In this document: in pieces, positions 1-13,300 of the stretch
Numbering within the stretch: the first letter of the stretch is position 1
How the letters are laid out: each line of letters begins with the position of its first letter
Program-made: the position numbers and the translations under genes
Notes under the pieces: generated by a model
Databases searched by the model: none
Seen by the model: the letters and a program-made list of their open reading frames with translations, nothing else
What the model was told of the DNA's origin: nothing
Assembly (NCBI GenBank): GCA_035221665.1
Contig: CM069158.1
Coordinates: 27,156,001 to 27,220,000, forward strand
Direction: 5' to 3'
DNA: 64,000 nt
Source of the DNA: Okamejei kenojei
Taxonomy: Eukaryota

Positions 1-790
1 AAAGATCAAAAATTGGGGTAAAAATGTAAAAACTGCCAAGTCAAGGAAATTCCTCAAAAAAAATTAACATTTTAGTAGTTGCAACTTAAATGGATTTACA
101 GTACTTTAACCCCAGAAACAGGTGGAATGGCAAAATAAAAATGGGTAGCACTTTACTATAACATTACATAAACGCTACAAGGTCTTTAGAATGCCTGCCA
201 TTTAATCTTCACGTTTCACAAAATTTAATAAGCACTAGGCAACCGTAATCACAAAAGCATTCCCTTCCCTACCACACAGTAAATGCACCGTCTATATTGT
301 GAAGAAATTGAAAAGCTAAATGAACTGGCTATTAATGTTAATATTTAGTTATATTTCAAATTCTACAGCTATGCCAAAATAGCCACAAGACAATTCCTGA
401 GCACCATCAGCTTCTCATCTGTACATACTGGCTGACTTGTGTGTAATCAAGTTTTTAAATGACCACAGATTTTATTTCCTTAACATTGTGTTTATTTAGG
501 ATAGCTTCTTTGCTCTTCCACACCAAGCAACATTATACAAGATTAACTATAGCCACACAAAAAAAAGACAGACTACATTGTACAAGTGCAAAGAACATCT
601 GGTTCATCCTCCACTTGTGTTTTTTAAAGGTAACGTCCATCTTACACAGGATATGTAACCTGATCAAAATGATGCAAATCTTGCCATGTTAAAAGCTAGT
701 ATGGAGGAGTTGAATGGGGAGTTGAATGGCTAAACATTTAAAAGATTCAGATTCTTGCATCTTTTTAAAGGAACTATTAATCCAAACTTG

Positions 791-952
791 TGTAAGAAAG
801 AACTGCAAATGCTGGTTTAAATCAAAGGTAGACACAAAATGCTGAAGTAACAATCAGTCTGAAGAAGGGTCTCGACCCAAAACATCACCCATTCCTTCTC
901 TCCAGAGATGCTGCCTCACCCGCTGAGTAACTCCAGCATTTTGTGTCTACCT
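791..952 (+). mobile_element. Penelope-like pseudo-LTR remnant with inverted ends
   Basis: aggtagacacaaaatgctg ... cagcattttgtgtctacct flanking ctgaagaagggtctcgaccc; related copies at ~7870-8205(-), 14500-14620, 30905-30995, 35465-35785(-), 48450-48600. Confidence 0.75.
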
Positions 953-1489
953 CCTATTAATCCAAACTCCTCTATATGTAAACATTTTGGGGATAATATG
1001 TGCCCAAAATAATCAGGAGTTTTAACACCATATTGTAATCCCCTTTTGTAGTCCGCGATCACAGCAAACTTATATTTATGGCATTTATTGCATTTTGTAC
1101 TACCTGTGTGGTTAATTTCTAGTAGGTAGAGCACCCATGTGATTTCACCTGAAACAGGATTCTTAATGCACCATTTACAATAAATTGTAATATTTTAAAA
1201 CATGAAATTAGCTATTTACAGATGCATTGCTTTAAATGCTCAAATGCAGTGCAAAGAGGATTAAAATATTTTTTGTAGCTCAAACATTTTTCCCAACAGA
1301 AGCATTTAAAAAAATGTTAAACTCGGTTCAAATACCCTTAAGTGCATGTGGGGAAGTGTAAAATGTAAAATATAATTAACATTGAAAATCCAGCATATGA
1401 TGGACATTATCTTTCAGTGCTGTAAAAATGTCATCTGTGCCTTGTGAGGGTTCACAGAAAGACTTGGAACAGGTTAGATTACTTTTTCC

Positions 1490-4307
1490 AAAATAGAAAA
1501 TGCACAATTTATTACAAACAGAAAAAAAAATTCTCCAAAGTATTTAGATATACTAAAGAAAATTAGGTAATAGTTTTTTATATATCTCAGGCATTTTGAT
1601 AATATATATTAAAATAATAGGTATTACTTTATACATTTTTCCTTACAATAAACTGAACTCGATAAATAGTGTACAGATTACAACAGATGCTTTATTCTCA
1701 AGGGGCAAATCTCATACAATTTCTGCATGCTAGAGGCACCCCTGACGGATTATACAAACTGACTTTATATGCTTAAGTCAAAGCAGTTTGTATTATTAGA
1801 AACCGACATAAAATGACGTAAATGCATCTTTTCTCTATTAAGTTATATGGCTCAGTTTTCACAGCATGTAATTACACCTCAATATACCTACAAATTTAAG
1901 GCTACTTATGAGAACATCCTGCCATTATTTTAATGTTTACTCATTACTGGCTTACTAGCTTTCTACCAAGTACTAGTGTGAATGTCATCTGTCACTTTGT
2001 ACAAAAAGTCAGATTTACAACAAATTCATAGCTTTCCTGTAGATAATTGATGGGCATAATTTATTACCCATGTTAACAATCTGCAGTTAACAGTCCATAT
2101 CACTGGTTTCTACAAAGTAGGTTCTTTTTTAAAAATTGAAATCCAACCCAAGACCATAATCTTGGATAAATCAGACTTTTTCCTTTACTGTTTTAGTGTC
2201 TATTTTAATAGAATTGAACTCTGGATTTAACATATCTCAACAGGCAAGTTAATAACACATGGTGACTATTGCATCTGTACCAGCAACAGACTAGAAATCT
2301 GAATGTAGGCAACTATTTCCTAGCTCAATTATCCTTTTGATTATTTCAAAAAAGAAGAAAATTAAAGATTACCATCTAGCAATCACATTCTTCCTGAAAG
2401 GTTATATGCCTCTTTTCATGGGGGCTTGCCCAAAATGTGCCAGAATAGAGAAAGGGGAGTAAAATTCTACAGTACTGCATTAAACTTCAATAAATATTAA
2501 CCTCAAGTAAATGTCAAGGTATTAATTATGATTAGCACCCAAGCTGATAACCAGTGGAAGGTGTCCAGTGTTTGCACTGGAACACTTACTTTTATTACAT
2601 TGTGCATAATGTAGCACTAAGCATGTACCTGCAAGACAAGTCACTATTTTAGTGTGCATCATGCAAAAAAGGTGCATGCACATTGACGTCAATTTATCTT
2701 AGCAGAACCACAAATCCCCATAACGTAATAAACCAACATTTCTGCTTTTACAAGCTATCATTTTATTACAATTACTCAGTCACAAACTCAAATTCCCACA
2801 TAACCACCACTATAACTACTTTCTAGACATTCCAAAGCAAAAAAGAGTGAATTCCCTCAGGTAAAATATAAGAGTTTTTAAACTGCAATGTGGTTTCATA
2901 ACAGCAGAACTCGAGGACCAGTCCCTCCCCGACCCACCTCCCCTTGATAGCTTTTAATATGAACTTAATATGTTGGATAAAGATTTTTAAAAATTCATGG
3001 GTGCCTCTGCTGTAACGCAATAAATACGAAGCACGTGAATTAGCTTCACAGAGGAAGCACAGCTCTTTGCTGGCCTACAAAACCTTTTAAGTCACTCTGT
3101 TGCAGAATCCAATCACATTCTAATTTAAAAAAATGCTTGGCATTGGTCTTAACTGCAGCTTGGTTAGTGAATACAATTACATTAAAAATTACTGCAATTT
3201 CTGTTTCAGACCTTCTCTATAAAAAAAATCCTTTAAAATTATTTGATAAAAGAAAAAAGCTTCAAGCAGAATCCAATGTTGAATTCCTAAACCAGACAGT
3301 TAAACTTTTATAAGGATATTAAAAAAACTTGAGGTACTTCTTAAAAAACTGCATTAGTAAAGATGTCCCACCATTAATATACAAAACTGTGAAAAAGAAT
3401 TGTTTAAAATACATTTTTTAAATGACAAAGTTTATGAAATCCCACTGCATTTTAAATTTCAGACTTTTTCATATTTTGTTTTCTTGGGTTGTTTATACAT
3501 AATACATTTTTCAAACAAAATGTGTAGAAAATGGTAACATTTACACTTCATTATATACTAAGCTCACCAGAAAACCAATGTGCTATTGTTTACAATTAAA
3601 ATTATACACAGCAATAATTAAAATGTATAATAAATGTATCTAATGGTATTAGATTACATTGTTTCAACTGCAATTTACAATGCTAAAAAACACCATTAAA
3701 TTAAAAGAATGACAGCGAGGACAGTATTTTTCTGTTTTGATAACCTATCACTTAACATACAAAAGACCAGAGGCAGAGGAAGAAAGGAGCACGATCATAG
3801 TTGTATAAAATAAATTCATGGTTCAGCAATATTTGCATCGTACCAAGCTTAAAATGATGCAAAATATTACAAGGACATTATCTGCTGCTGAGAAATTCTC
3901 AGCAAACAATTCAGTAATCAATCTTTCAGAATAATAAGCACCAGGGATCAGAACCCACAGAGGCACAGTTTGTGATGATTAAAATAGCACCAACAGCAGG
4001 TTAACAAATGAATGCTTGTGTGTGCTGCACTCCACACCTCAAAGCCTCTGTAGGCTTGCTGGAACAACAACTAGCCCCAATCAGTTGGAAAGAAGATAAA
4101 TAGTTTGTTTTAAATGCTGTACAACAGGAGCCTTTTTTTTGCAGCAACACAAACCAATTCACAGTAGAATATATTTTATTTTATTTTCCAGTAGTAAAGA
4201 AGCAAAACAATGTTTGCAGGCTATTCAAGCACCTTTAGTTTGATGGAAGTGGATGAACTTGGTCCACATTGTCCTTGCATAGGTCACATTGTTTTGAGGT
4301 AGAATTC
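1490..4307 (-). other. DOT1L: Probable DOT1L 3' UTR with several AATAAA signals
   Basis: AT-rich and free of recognisable repeats; minus-strand AATAAA at 4175-4185, 1691-1696 and 1508-1513; true end unknown. Confidence 0.55.
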
Positions 4308-4315
4308 CTAATTAC
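4308..4315 (-). CDS. DOT1L: DOT1L last exon coding part, short isoform (GN*)
   Basis: ctttag|GTAATTAG, phase 1; following UTR (gaattctacctcaaa...gacctatgcaaggac) resembles the mammalian last exon as recalled. Confidence 0.88.
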
Positions 4316-4826
4316 CTAAAGATAGAAGGGGAAACGTACATTATCTACCTTCCACAAGTAACTTGTTTTTTCAGATGCAAAGACAAATAATTAAGTTAAT
4401 AGAGGGGGTAATGTTCCCATTCGCTTAGTTGAAAAATTAGATACATTTTTAAATTTGGACATTAACATACACCAGATTCAATTTAATAATGAAATATTAA
4501 TGATTTTATTTTTACTGAGCAAACGTCTAGTCCATAAAATAATTTTGGTCTTCAATCCATCATAACGTAGTGATGCCAATTTTTGTTGCAATTTAAAAAT
4601 ATCGATGGTGATATCTGCATATTCAGTTCAGCTCTTAAGCACACACACCTGCTACCCCAAGAAAAACAGAATATTTCTAAAATCTTTTATTTTATATATT
4701 TTTAAAAACACTGCTTAGTTTGCATTTCATCAAGGTATTACTAACACAGCCGCATACATTGATATAGTTATAACCTTGCACATTTTTCTAACCTTACCTT
4801 ATAAGACTGATAAAGTACGCAAGTTC

Positions 4827-5410
4827 TTATCGAGGCTTAACCCCAGAGAAATGTGTAGCATAAGGAGGCTGCATGCCAAGTGTGACCCACATTGCAGATG
4901 TATTTGTACCAGACTGAGGGATTAGAGGTGCTGCCTGCGCAAGAGCTGAATGTGGCAGAGGTGGGTGATGCACCGTGAAGGAAGGGTGAGATGCTTTGGG
5001 CTGCAAAGACGCAAGCTTCAAGGCTAATGCGGTGTTAGCAGATTGAAGCGAAGTAGAAGAAGAGCAAGAGATGGATGGAGGCAAGTATCCATCGCTAACA
5101 GAAGACATAGTCCGGAAGAGCGAGGGGTCAGAACTAGTTGAATTTAACAATGGAGGGGGCGGAGGCAAGGAAATATTAGGGGAAGGTATGTTAAGTATGG
5201 ACTGTGGAGGTGCTTGGGAAAGGTAAGAGCTAACTCTACTATCGGTGGAAGATAATGTACTGGAAGAGACAGAAAGAAATGACTGGGAGGTTGCAGGAAC
5301 AGATTGTAATGGGTTAAAGCTTAATATTGTGCTACTAGATACTGGAACATTGCTGAAATTGGCTCCAAATTGATGAGAAGAGACTGAAGGCACCACATGG
5401 TTAAAAATAC
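4827..5410 (-). CDS. DOT1L: DOT1L alternative C-terminal exon, long isoform (GIFNHVVPS...WVTLGMQPPYATHFSGVKPR*)
   Basis: ttttag| acceptor, phase 1; ORF 4827..5429; resembles the long mammalian isoform ending SGVKPR; donor aag|gtaagg at 4797, 29 nt after the stop. Confidence 0.93.
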
Positions 5411-6559
5411 CTAAAACAGAAGAGAACAAAAAAAACAGCTCAAAGATTTTGGTCTAGCAGAAAGCAAAGCATCATTACAGCAGCTAAGGGCTATTTTTTT
5501 TGCCAGCAAGCACAGTTAAAGCAAAAGAAAATAGATTAAAAAAAAACAGCAAAACAATTCAGGCCACCCAAAGCAGAGCAACTCTCCTTATTCATCAAAA
5601 TCTACCATTTACAAGGAAATGTGTTTGTGATGCACTAAACTTAAGAACTTATTTTAAACTTGGATATTATTGGGATTAACCGTACACTAAGTATATTTAT
5701 TCACCATGCTTTTCTCCTTCCTGTCTCCACCCCTGCTCAGAAATACTTTCTCAGCATGTTGTGTGCATTTAGGTTATACCAAAAGCGCTTGGAATTCAGT
5801 TTAATTTTATAACAGCAAATAGAGCTGGCTACTTCATTTCAAATCGTTTTATGCATCACCAGAAATAATTTTTGGTCAAGATACCCAAGTGTAGACAATT
5901 CTAAACATAACTGAACTCATTGGAGTTCACAATACATTGGGAAACAAATCGGGGTTGAAGTATAATGAGATAAAGAGTATGAAAAACAAAGAGAAACACC
6001 ACGAAATACATCGTGGTGCCTCAGTCCACGATGAGGCAAACTTTCTGGGTGCTGACACTTGTGTAGAAAGAGTTGTTTCAGGTCTTCAACCTGAAATGTT
6101 TTCCGTTTCCCCTTCCACAGATGCAGCATGACCTGAATATTTCCAGCAGAGATGAAATTTCTCACATCGTGTTACAATGGCCCCTGGCTGGTTTAATGAG
6201 CAGAAAATACTTGAAACTGCTTGGAACAAGTTCAATGGATTTTCTCAGGTGCACACACGAGGAACCACAGGTGCTGGAATCTTGAGCAAAACAGTGTTGT
6301 AGCAACTCTGCAAGTCAGGCAGCCTCTGAAGGGAAAGGACAGACAATGTTTTGGTTCAGCATCTTTTTTCAGTGGAGTCACGAACCAAAATGTTGTCAAT
6401 CCATTCCCTCCACAGATGCTGTCTGGCCCACCAAGTCAATCCAGCACTTTGTTCCAGCAGTACTTGTGAACATTTAAAACACAAAGCTCGAGAATCTGAA
6501 AGTGCATGGAAACCCCGATGTGGCAGATGCATAGTGTGATCTAAAAAATGTAAGTGAAG

Positions 6560-6828
6560 TACCTTGTTGCTTTAACAAGCCCTTCCGTCCACCGAGTCAG
6601 TGCTGACCAGTGATACCCACACATTAACACTATCCTACACAGACTAGGGACAATTTTACATTTACACCAAACTCCAATTAACCTACAAACCTGTACGTCT
6701 TTTGACTGTGGGAGGAAACCAAAGATCTTGGAGAAAACCCACGCGGTGAGAACGTACAAACTCCGCACGGACAGCACCCGTGGTCAAGATCGAACCCAGG
6801 TCTCTGGTGGCATAAGGCAGCAAAGTGC
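6560..6828 (-). mobile_element. tRNA-derived SINE (HE1/V-SINE-like)
   Basis: B-box-like gggttcgatc head then ggtgctgtccgtgcggagtttgtacgttctc core. Confidence 0.85.
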
Positions 6829-9057
6829 AGTAAGGATGCCTGATGAATCTTGAAAAGGCCAGAAGCGATGGAATAATGTGGCATGAAAACAGCTCTTACC
6901 AGGGCAGAAGCTAAAGGTGTTCATATGGAATTTTTTACGATTAATCATTAATTCTATTTTCTCCACGTGCTTCCTCACCTCTCTTGGATATTTGTATCCA
7001 TGAGTTAAGTCTAACTAAATAAAGTCTGTAAATGTCTAAGAACTTCCATTAAGTCTAAATGGAACATAATGGCAGATCAAGCAAATTGGACAAGACAAGC
7101 ACAACTTTTCAAGCAACAAAAATGTACAAAAAATTTAAATGACTGACTCATCTATAAAAGAAATTGGCTTCAGCTTGAAAAGGACCCTTTTTTCCCCACA
7201 TGTGACAGCGAGTACAGCAAAGTAACAATCAAGAACATAAAATGCTGCTATTTTTGCAGGTCAAGCAACATCATCCCCAACATGCTGACCATTCCTGTCT
7301 TGCATCCATTCACTGCAGAGATGCTGCCTGACCCACCAAGTTACTCCAGCACTGCGTTTTGCTCAAGATTCCTACATTTGCAGTTCTTTGTGTCTCAACT
7401 CAGCCGCTGCCAATTTTATTTTGGGATTTCCAATATCTGCAATGTTTTGGTTTTTGAGTACAAAACTGCCTCTCGTGGCACTTTAGTTGATAGCAAACAA
7501 ACTAAATGGGGGAAGAGTCTCACTGGTTTTACGTTCGCCTCCCAGATTACTAGGACAATAGATGGTGTACTTTTGAGAATGGCATTGTGGCCGATCAAAT
7601 GAAGAGAATGCTAATGGAGTCAGGGAATAAAGTTTTTTGAACGGAGAATACTGTTCTTTAAAATCAAATACGTCAACATTTAAAAAGACAAATTTATTTT
7701 ACAAATATTTGATAAATTTAAGAGTTTCGACTTCAAAATCCACAAATCGTAAAAATGAAAAGCTCAATATATTTTCTAGCTGCTAGTCTAACCATATTAA
7801 TTACATGTTAATGTACAGAACCCACCCACCACACAACTAGAGGCAAAACCAACTATTAGTCAAAAAACATTGTGCTTGAGTAACTCAGCAGGTCAGACAG
7901 TATCTCTGGAGAACATGGATAGGTGCTCTTTCAGGTCGGGACCCTTCTTCAGGCCGATTGTGTGTGGGGAGGGTGGGGGGGAGAGAAAGAAAGCTGGAAG
8001 AGAGGAGGGATAGGACAAAGACTGGCAAGTGAGAGGTGGATACGGGTGAGGGGGGTTTTTGATAGGCAGATGGTTGGACAGGCCAGAGATGAAAAGACCG
8101 AAGGTGTGAGACAGAAAGGACTTAAGAGTTGTGAATTGCAAAGCTAGAGGAAGCAATGTAGGTGGAAAGAGGCAAAATAGGTGCGAGTTCAGGTGGGGGA
8201 AGAAATTAGTCAATTCAATCCTAGCAATTATAACAAGGATCACATGTGATAACTGGCATTGATCCAAGGAAAGTGTTGAACCGTTGGCTCCTTCATGGAA
8301 CTCAAGCAGTACTTCACAAAATGGATTCCACAGAGTGCTATGATCGCTGTAAGCTGGCCAGAAATAGAACCGGCAGAGTTTGCAAATGTAACTGAGCACT
8401 GTGCACGAATAGCTGTGGTCTCTGATGCATGAAGCAACTGCTGGCAAACCTTTGCCAATTAATACTTCTCCTAATGGAGGATAAATCATCGGCAAAGAGA
8501 TATGAACTCGTTTTCAGCACGGTGCATGGATAGCCATGGAGTGGTTAATGTAGAAACAGTAGTTGGTACATTTTACCACTAGATTTTTCTTCTGTTTGGA
8601 CACGGAGAAGGAATTTTGCCTGCTTTTATTTCCCTTCAAATGAGTTGTTCATATTTATATTATGAAGCAATGTACTCTTCTCCAAACGGCCTCCCAAAGA
8701 TAGTTATTCCCATAAATTTTCTTTACCTTTAGCCCCTTATTTGGTCATCTCATCTCCCCTTGCTCCAGCCAACATATTTGGCATCTTGTTTGAGGAGCGA
8801 TTTGAGTCAATTTTACAGTCCGTTTTGTTTTTAGACAGTCGGTACAACACCTTAAAACTCAATAGACTCATCTCTGGAACGTTATGGGCAAAATAAGTCC
8901 ACAGATTATTCCTCTGTAAATTGAAGTGCAGATCATCCAGAATTATAATTAAAAGTGGCAGACGAGTGCATGGCGGCCATTTTTCTCCAGTGAGATTGAG
9001 TTTCGATATGCACCCTCTCATGAGAAACCATTTTAAAATTACTAATGGAAAGGTCAC

Positions 9058-9237
9058 CTGTAATAGGCCTGGTGCCAAAAGGAGAGGCTTGGCATAAAGC
9101 AGATGCTGTCTGTGATCCATTGTCAGAGTTCTTGGTCAAATTGGTATCAGATATTGGAGAAAAAGTGGATTTCCATTTACTGCTGTTGTCTGTACTACTG
9201 CAACTGAGTCCTTGCTTTCGTATTGTTAAATTTCCAA
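9058..9237 (-). CDS. DOT1L: DOT1L exon 27, apparently shortened (GNLTIRKQ...SSKWKSTFSPISD...PFGTRPIT)
   Basis: Acceptor tttttag| at 9238 is clear and KWKSTFSPISD is conserved. The phase-1 donor cag|gtgacc at 9057 is inferred; without it the frame stops at TGA 8933-8935. Confidence 0.75.
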
Positions 9238-11167
9238 CTAAAAAGAAATTTTAAACCAAAAACATGATCAGTTCAATAAACTGGATGTGAAAGAAATAAT
9301 TGACATTTACATTTTTAAGGTAAGAACTAGTCATTTATTTGTAGATTTCTAACGACGATTTGCAGTGCTTTGATACACCAGGATAATTGAACCATTTCAC
9401 AATTCAAATCACATGTCACACATGTAACATTAAACATCTGAAGCCTGCAAAGAAAAAAGTTAAATACTCAGAAAACAACAAGATTGAGAACAAAAATTGT
9501 GGCTCACAAGATGAATATTGCTTCAGTCAGATATTCAAGAAAAAAGAGCATGGACATTCACTTTTCTCGCCACCACCTTCCCTAACCAGTCTGGTATTCC
9601 ATCTTGAAATATGGGGAAGACATTCCATGTGTATCACTATTTTTCTTAAAAACAATTTTACACACTCTTTATACATTTAAATCAGCCTACATCCTTTTTT
9701 AAAAAAATTAAATCGGTCGTGGTTTAGTTTGTTTATATTTGGATAGTTTACCTAACATTATAATTTGAAGCCATTTCCACGAGATCCTTCAGAATTTCTT
9801 TGGAACTGAACCGTATGATTGAAGAGATCATTCTCACGTCAGAAATGTCTGTTCCCTGGAATGTTGAGCTGCCCGTCATAGGCATACGGCACAAAACCAG
9901 GCCCTTTGGCCCAACATCCTTGCCGACCAAGATACCCTACCAAAGCTAGTCCCACATCCCTCTAAATCTTTCCTATCCACATATCTGTCCAAGTGTCTAT
10001 TAATTGCTGTTAAAGTACCTGCATCAACTACCTCCTCTGGCAGCTTGTCCTTCTCTCAACCAATTTTATGCAGTGGCTACAAAATCTTAGTTCAGTGTCT
10101 CCAAGTTCATCTGCCTTACCCGTGATACTCCCATCATTTCTGCTGTGCTCATTATCCTGTCCCAGCCCGTTTATCTTATTAAACCTACTCGACTTGACCT
10201 ACGTCTTCTTCTCAATCACACCCCCGCGACCTACTCCTCCCAGCCTTTACCCCAACCCCTCACCTGTTTATCCTCCTGCGAGCAACACGAGCAAAGCTCC
10301 CTGCCAGGATAATGGTGACCCTTCCACTTAGGGGCAACTCATCCTTCTTGTACGTCCCATCTGCCCTGGACCAGGTATCCCAATGATCCAGGTATTTGAA
10401 GCCCTCCCTTCTATACCAGTTTTTCAGCCACACATTCAACTCTATTGTCTTTCTTTTTTTTTTGTGAACACAGCACATTTTCACATAACCAGTACATCTT
10501 TGCTGTGTGATATTATGATTTCAATTTTATTCTTACAACACCCTTCCTAAAATGGTGATAAATTAGTTGAAAGGCCTCCTTCCAGGAACCTCCTTTCCAT
10601 GGACTCCATCTACATTTCACGCTGCCTCAGCAAGGCCACCAGTCTCACCACGGTCACTCCCTCTTCCCCCCTCTCCCATCTGGCAAGAGGTATTGAAGTT
10701 TGAAAACTCATAACTCCAGATTAAGGGATTTTCTTCCCAGCTGTTATCAGGCAACTGAACGGTTCTCTCACCAGCTGCTAGAGTGTGGTCCTGATCTCCC
10801 ATCTACTCATTGGAAACTTCTGAACTATCTCTAATCAGACTTTCTCTCGGACTAAATGTTGTACCCTTTATCCGTACTTTGTGGATAGCTTAATTATAAT
10901 TATGTATAATCTTTTCTATGACCGGATAGCATGTAACAAAAAGCATTTCACTGTACCTCAGTACACATCATGAGGATATAAAGTAAAATAAAAGGCAAGC
11001 ATGGAAAGTGTAAAAGGTTAATCGGTAATTCAAAAATAATGTGTTTCACAATATATGTTGTCTATGTTGACTATGGAATATGGGGAAATATGCGAGACAG
11101 CGAGATAATTTATAAAACTTCCAGCTAAAAAGGGTAATTTTAGTGTGATTTCACAAACTCCATTTAC

Positions 11168-11238
11168 CTGGGTCGCCTTCTGCAGAAACAGATGTACTCT
11201 CAATCGACACAGTGCATTGAGTTATTTTTCTTTCAATC
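11168..11238 (-). CDS. DOT1L: DOT1L exon 26 (IERKITQCTVSIESTSVSAEGDP)
   Basis: 71 nt; aag| and |gtaaat; phase 2-1. Confidence 0.92.
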
Positions 11239-11876
11239 CTTGAAAACAAGACAAAATGCACCTTTACAAATAGAGTGTTGATGAATGCATTAGTGACTAT
11301 GCAGATACTGATCCATCTGATAATCAGACATTTAAAATAACATTTACAACGGATTAACCATTAAAATAAAGTTAAACTCAATGAAAAATGAAATGTAATT
11401 AAACACTTACCTGCACTAGCATGGTGCCAGAAGGAACGTTAAGCATGCAAAGATGTTAATGGACTAAAATTTTAAGAGGTAGCTAATTTTAAAGGCTATA
11501 CACTCTTCAATATGCAATACCATTTCTTATTCATTGCAAACCTTCCTATTGTAATTGCAAATTTGTCCAGTTAAATTAAAATTCAAACCACCCTGCTTTG
11601 TCACTTACAACTAATTTTATAAATAGATCAGAGGATGTACGACCAGAAGATCAGCAGCCACAACTGATAAATTCAGATGTCACCATTTCCTTTAGTTCTT
11701 AGCTCCATTCTTTTGCAACAAATTTCATTATAATTCTTTGACTCAAAAACATAGAGGTGATGATATTATTGTTATTGCACTGCACTTCAGGGCAATTAAT
11801 CAACTTCAGTTATATGGATTCCCCTATGTGGATTTAAAAGTTATGAATGCATGAAACTTGGATGAAAGAGCCCCAC

Positions 11877-12079
11877 CTTCCATTAATTTGCTGATTTTCC
11901 TCCTCTTGTTCTTCATCAGAAGTAAGTGGTGAATAATGAACACCATTAGATGCAAACATTTTCTTCTTTTTCAAGTTTGGAGGTCCTTCATTATCCTGAT
12001 GTGGAATTGGAGAGCTTTTCACTGACGTTTCTGGTGATGAAATTGCTGTTATTTCCAGAGGTTGATTGATATTATTGAC
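11877..12079 (-). CDS. DOT1L: DOT1L exon 25 (VNNINQPLEITAISSPETSVKSSP...HYSPLTSDEE...NGR)
   Basis: 203 nt; tag| and |gtgggg. Confidence 0.95.
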
Positions 12080-12989
12080 CTAAATTGCAAAGAAAAATTA
12101 TCTCCATCATTTTGTAATGTTTGCTGCTTCCTGCCTTTGCTAGCTGATTACCTTCTGGGTGTGTAATTAATTATTAAAGTGGTCAACTCGGAGAACCATA
12201 ATGAAAAAAACATTAAAACATTCACAAAGGCTGCCAAAAACAGATTCTGCTGTTGTCAGGCAGTTTTATATCCATTCTATATACAAGTCCGCTAATAATC
12301 TTTTATACTTTGGAACAATAACCAAAAAGGTCTTAATTAGGTACATTTACTAGATTTATCTACAACACTTCTATGACCTCTTGCTTTTTATGCTGGCATA
12401 CATTTAGGGGTCTTGTTACAGTGATTTTGTCATCCACACAGTGAGAAACAGGGGATCTAAGCTGGTCTCCAAGTCATAAACCACACATATCAGGTAACTA
12501 GACCCAGAACTAGTATTTCTACGTGATCAATGAGAATAATATCAGGCTAGCCGCAGAACAAAGGCAGCAACATAAACTTTATTGCAATAACATTGCCGTT
12601 AAAGGATCCCTACAAAGATCACTCTTCTCAGACATGGAATTAGAGTGCTGGAAATTCCAATCGGATGGGACTTTGCCACTGGATTTCATTTGAAGTCCAG
12701 CAGTGGGTTGGACTGATAACTGCATTAGGTCTTGAACTTTTACACAGCAACCCTAGGGGCAAGTTCCAGCTTAGAAGTTTAGAAGGTCTGCTATTCAAGT
12801 TTAGAAGGCTGGCTATTCAAATTGGAGCAGCTAATGCCAGCTAACAAGATTTTCCCCAATGGGCATTCAAAAAAATTTCAATTACCACCTTTTTCCATCT
12901 TTAGTCTATGATTGATAACCGTTCAAAGCTACATAAAATGTGTCTCTGCATTCATAGATTGCCATCTGTTAAGAAGTTACTGATTGATT

Positions 12990-13300
12990 GAAATATACAG
13001 CTTAGAAATAGGCTCTTCGGCCCACCGATCCACGCCGACCATCAATCACCCGTTCACAGTAGTTCTAAGTTATCTTACTTTTGCATCCACTCCCTACACA
13101 CAAGGGGCAATTTACAGAGACCAATTCATCTACAAATCCACACGTCTTTGTAATGCAGGAGGAAACCAAAGCACCTGGAGGAAAGCCACGCGATCGCTAA
13201 GTGATCATGCAAACTCTACGCAGACAGCACCCAAGGTCAGGATAGAACCCAGGTCTCTAGCGCTGTGAAGCAGCAGCTCAACCAGTTGCTCCACTGTGCC
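12990..13300 (-). mobile_element. tRNA-derived SINE (same family)
   Basis: Same head and core; further copies at ~22158-22250, 33990-34200, 35970-36080, 48985-49110. Confidence 0.82.

Noticed and set aside
1-1490. 3' end of a convergent neighbour gene (PLEKHJ1 by human synteny)
   Set aside because: No recognisable coding exon; plus-strand AATAAA motifs are uninformative in AT-rich DNA.
5917-6539. Cluster of short overlapping ORFs
   Set aside because: No recognisable homology or convincing splice sites; partly a Penelope-tail repeat.
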